This document shows, in pieces, positions 60,685 to 62,037 of a stretch of 62,037 nt of DNA. The stretch is taken from NCBI GenBank assembly GCA_964248365.1, contig CAXTYC010000030.1:1-62037 (forward strand), written 5' to 3'. This DNA comes from an uncultured Chroococcidiopsis sp. (GTDB lineage: Bacteria; Cyanobacteriota; Cyanobacteriia; Cyanobacteriales; Chroococcidiopsidaceae). Every line of letters begins with the position of its first letter. Position 1 is the stretch's first letter. The translations under genes and the position numbers were made by a program. Below the pieces are notes generated by a model. That model did no database searches and was not told where the DNA came from. It saw only the letters and a list, made by a program, of their open reading frames with translations.

Positions 60685-61656
60685 TTAGGCAAAAACAGCA
60701 GGTGTTAAATCTAGCAGCGTCACTTCCCAAATCAATCTTGGTTGAGCATAGCTGAGCAAATTCTTCCGAGCTTTTTCTAGTTTTTCCAAAGGTGAATGCT
60801 CAATTTCACCATGTAAAAATTTTTGCCAGTAACAATGTTGGAGATAATCTACCAACCATAACTGAGCTTCTGTATCTAGAGTTTTGTCAATTTGGCGGGC
60901 TAAGTCTAAAGCATCATAAAGAGATTTAGGCAGTTGGTTTAGTTTTTCTAGTAAGTCAGATGGAATTAGTTGTAGCTGTTGCATGGAGGCGATCGCTTCC
61001 CCTGGGCTTCCCTGAGCGATCGCGATAATCTGCGGTTGGCTCAAAATTTTCTCATTACCTGTTTGTCGCAACACTTGAGCCATTGACTGTTGACCCAAGC
61101 GATAAAAAGGAATACGCTGACATCTAGATACCAGTGTTGGCAATAAAGACGCAGTTCCTGGGGCAATTAAAATTAGTGTTGCTTGTCCTGGTTCTTCTAA
61201 AGTTTTCAACAGAGCATTTGCTGCTGCTTCTGCCATTGTTTCAGCCTGCTCTATTACCACAACACAACGAGTTGCTTCCAGGGAAGAACGGCTAAGAAAT
61301 TGAGTAATTTGGCGAATTTGCTCAATCCGAATTGTTGGCGGGGCTTTACGCTTAACTCCAGCAGAGGCAGCTTCAGCGGCAGAAAGTAACTGCCCTTGAT
61401 GCATATAGGTGGGTTCTACCCATAGCAAGTCAGGGTGATTGCCTAGCTGCAAGCGATGATGAACTTGTTGCTGCCTCGATTGTGGAATATTTAAACAGAA
61501 CAATTGTTCAACAAAGCATCGTGCCGCTAATTTTCTGCCCACTCCATCCGCACCTGTAAACAGATAAGCTGGAGCAATGCGGTTTTGTGCGATCGCCTGT
61601 GTCAGTAATTCGACTGCTTGGTTTTGCCCTACCAGTTGAGCAAAAAAGTTCACCAT
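60685..61656 (-). CDS. holB: DNA polymerase III delta-prime subunit
   Basis: AYLFTG, NHPDL, IEQIR, AANALLKTLEEP, LLPTLVSRCQ. Confidence 0.95.
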   Translation of the reverse strand: MVNFFAQLVGQNQAVELLTQAIAQNRIAPAYLFTGADGVGRKLAARCFVEQLFCLNIPQSRQQQVHHRLQLGNHPDLLWVEPTYMHQGQLLSAAEAASAGVKRKAPPTIRIEQIRQITQFLSRSSLEATRCVVVIEQAETMAEAAANALLKTLEEPGQATLILIAPGTASLLPTLVSRCQRIPFYRLGQQSMAQVLRQTGNEKILSQPQIIAIAQGSPGEAIASMQQLQLIPSDLLEKLNQLPKSLYDALDLARQIDKTLDTEAQLWLVDYLQHCYWQKFLHGEIEHSPLEKLEKARKNLLSYAQPRLIWEVTLLDLTPAVFA

Positions 61657-61808
61657 GATAATTTTTAAACAAACAAACTTTACTAAAAGCCCAGGCAGGT
61701 TATTGATAATTGGTAATTGGTAGTTGGTAGTTGGTAGTTGGTAGTTGGAAAAATGGTATTTCCCCTACTCTCTACTCCAAAACGAACTACTGGGTTACCC
61801 ATTACCCA

Positions 61809-61982
61809 TTACCAACTAGTTAATACACGCAAAACAACTTTCGGATGATAGAGTGCCAAAGGGGACTTGAGCAAATGCGCTACCTCCACGATCGGAGTGT
61901 GCAAATCTGAATTATAAGTAGAACTGCACGATAGGCGCTTGCTATACCATTGCATCAACTTATCCAGTCGAGTGTTTCTATT
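61809..61982 (-). pseudogene. 3' remnant of an FAD-dependent monooxygenase-like gene, cut at the mobile-element boundary
   Basis: Open frame NRNTRLDKLMQWYSKRL...IVEVAHLLKSPLALYHPKVVLRVLTSW* resembles the recalled C-terminal WY....EV.HLLK.P..L.HP...RVL motif; it begins exactly at the element edge. Confidence 0.5.
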
Positions 61983-62037
61983 GTCAATTACCCATCGCTA
62001 ACTTCTGACGAAGTATAGCGTGGGCTTGTATCTAGAC
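61983..62037 (+). mobile_element. Terminus of an IS200/IS605-superfamily element, most like the 5' end of an IscB omega-RNA (HEARO); truncated by the window edge
   Basis: GTCAATTACCC...GGGCTTG with nested hairpin CCCA-T-CGCTA-ACTTC-TGAC-GAAGT-A-TAGCG-TGGG (61991-62024). Confidence 0.6.

Noticed and set aside
61657..62037. Expected thymidylate kinase (tmk) 3' end upstream of holB
   Set aside because: Minus-strand translation shows no Tmk-like sequence; the region is better explained by STRRs, a monooxygenase-like remnant and an IS200/IS605-type end.

Overview
Core-chromosome window from a cyanobacterium. The HIP1 octamer GCGATCGC is very frequent and heptamer STRR arrays fill many intergenic spaces, which suggests a Nostocales/Chroococcidiopsidales-like genome. 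The window contains the replication origin (dnaA-oriC-dnaN, with TTTTCCACA boxes and DnaA-trios) and many housekeeping genes: nadC, argS, def, htrA-family protease, ftsH, murF, gyrA, lnt, purT, glsA, lepB, PBP1A, tyrS, pyrF, pyrD, udg and holB. Accessory content comprises a PEP-dependent dihydroxyacetone kinase operon (dhaK, dhaL and an EIIA-HPr-EI fusion), a methyltransferase / cyclic-peptide exporter / divergent AdoMetDC-like trio, a CMD plus ECF41 sigma pair with an exact ECF41 promoter, a frameshifted mazEF-type pseudo-operon and four Uma2-family genes. Several small palindromic repeat families occur, some in frame inside genes. At the right edge is what looks like the first 55 bp of an IS200/IS605-superfamily element (IscB omega-RNA/HEARO-like 5' end), next to the 3' remnant of an FAD-monooxygenase-like gene. 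No rRNA, tRNA or CRISPR array was seen. All family calls come from motif recognition by eye; no database searches were run.
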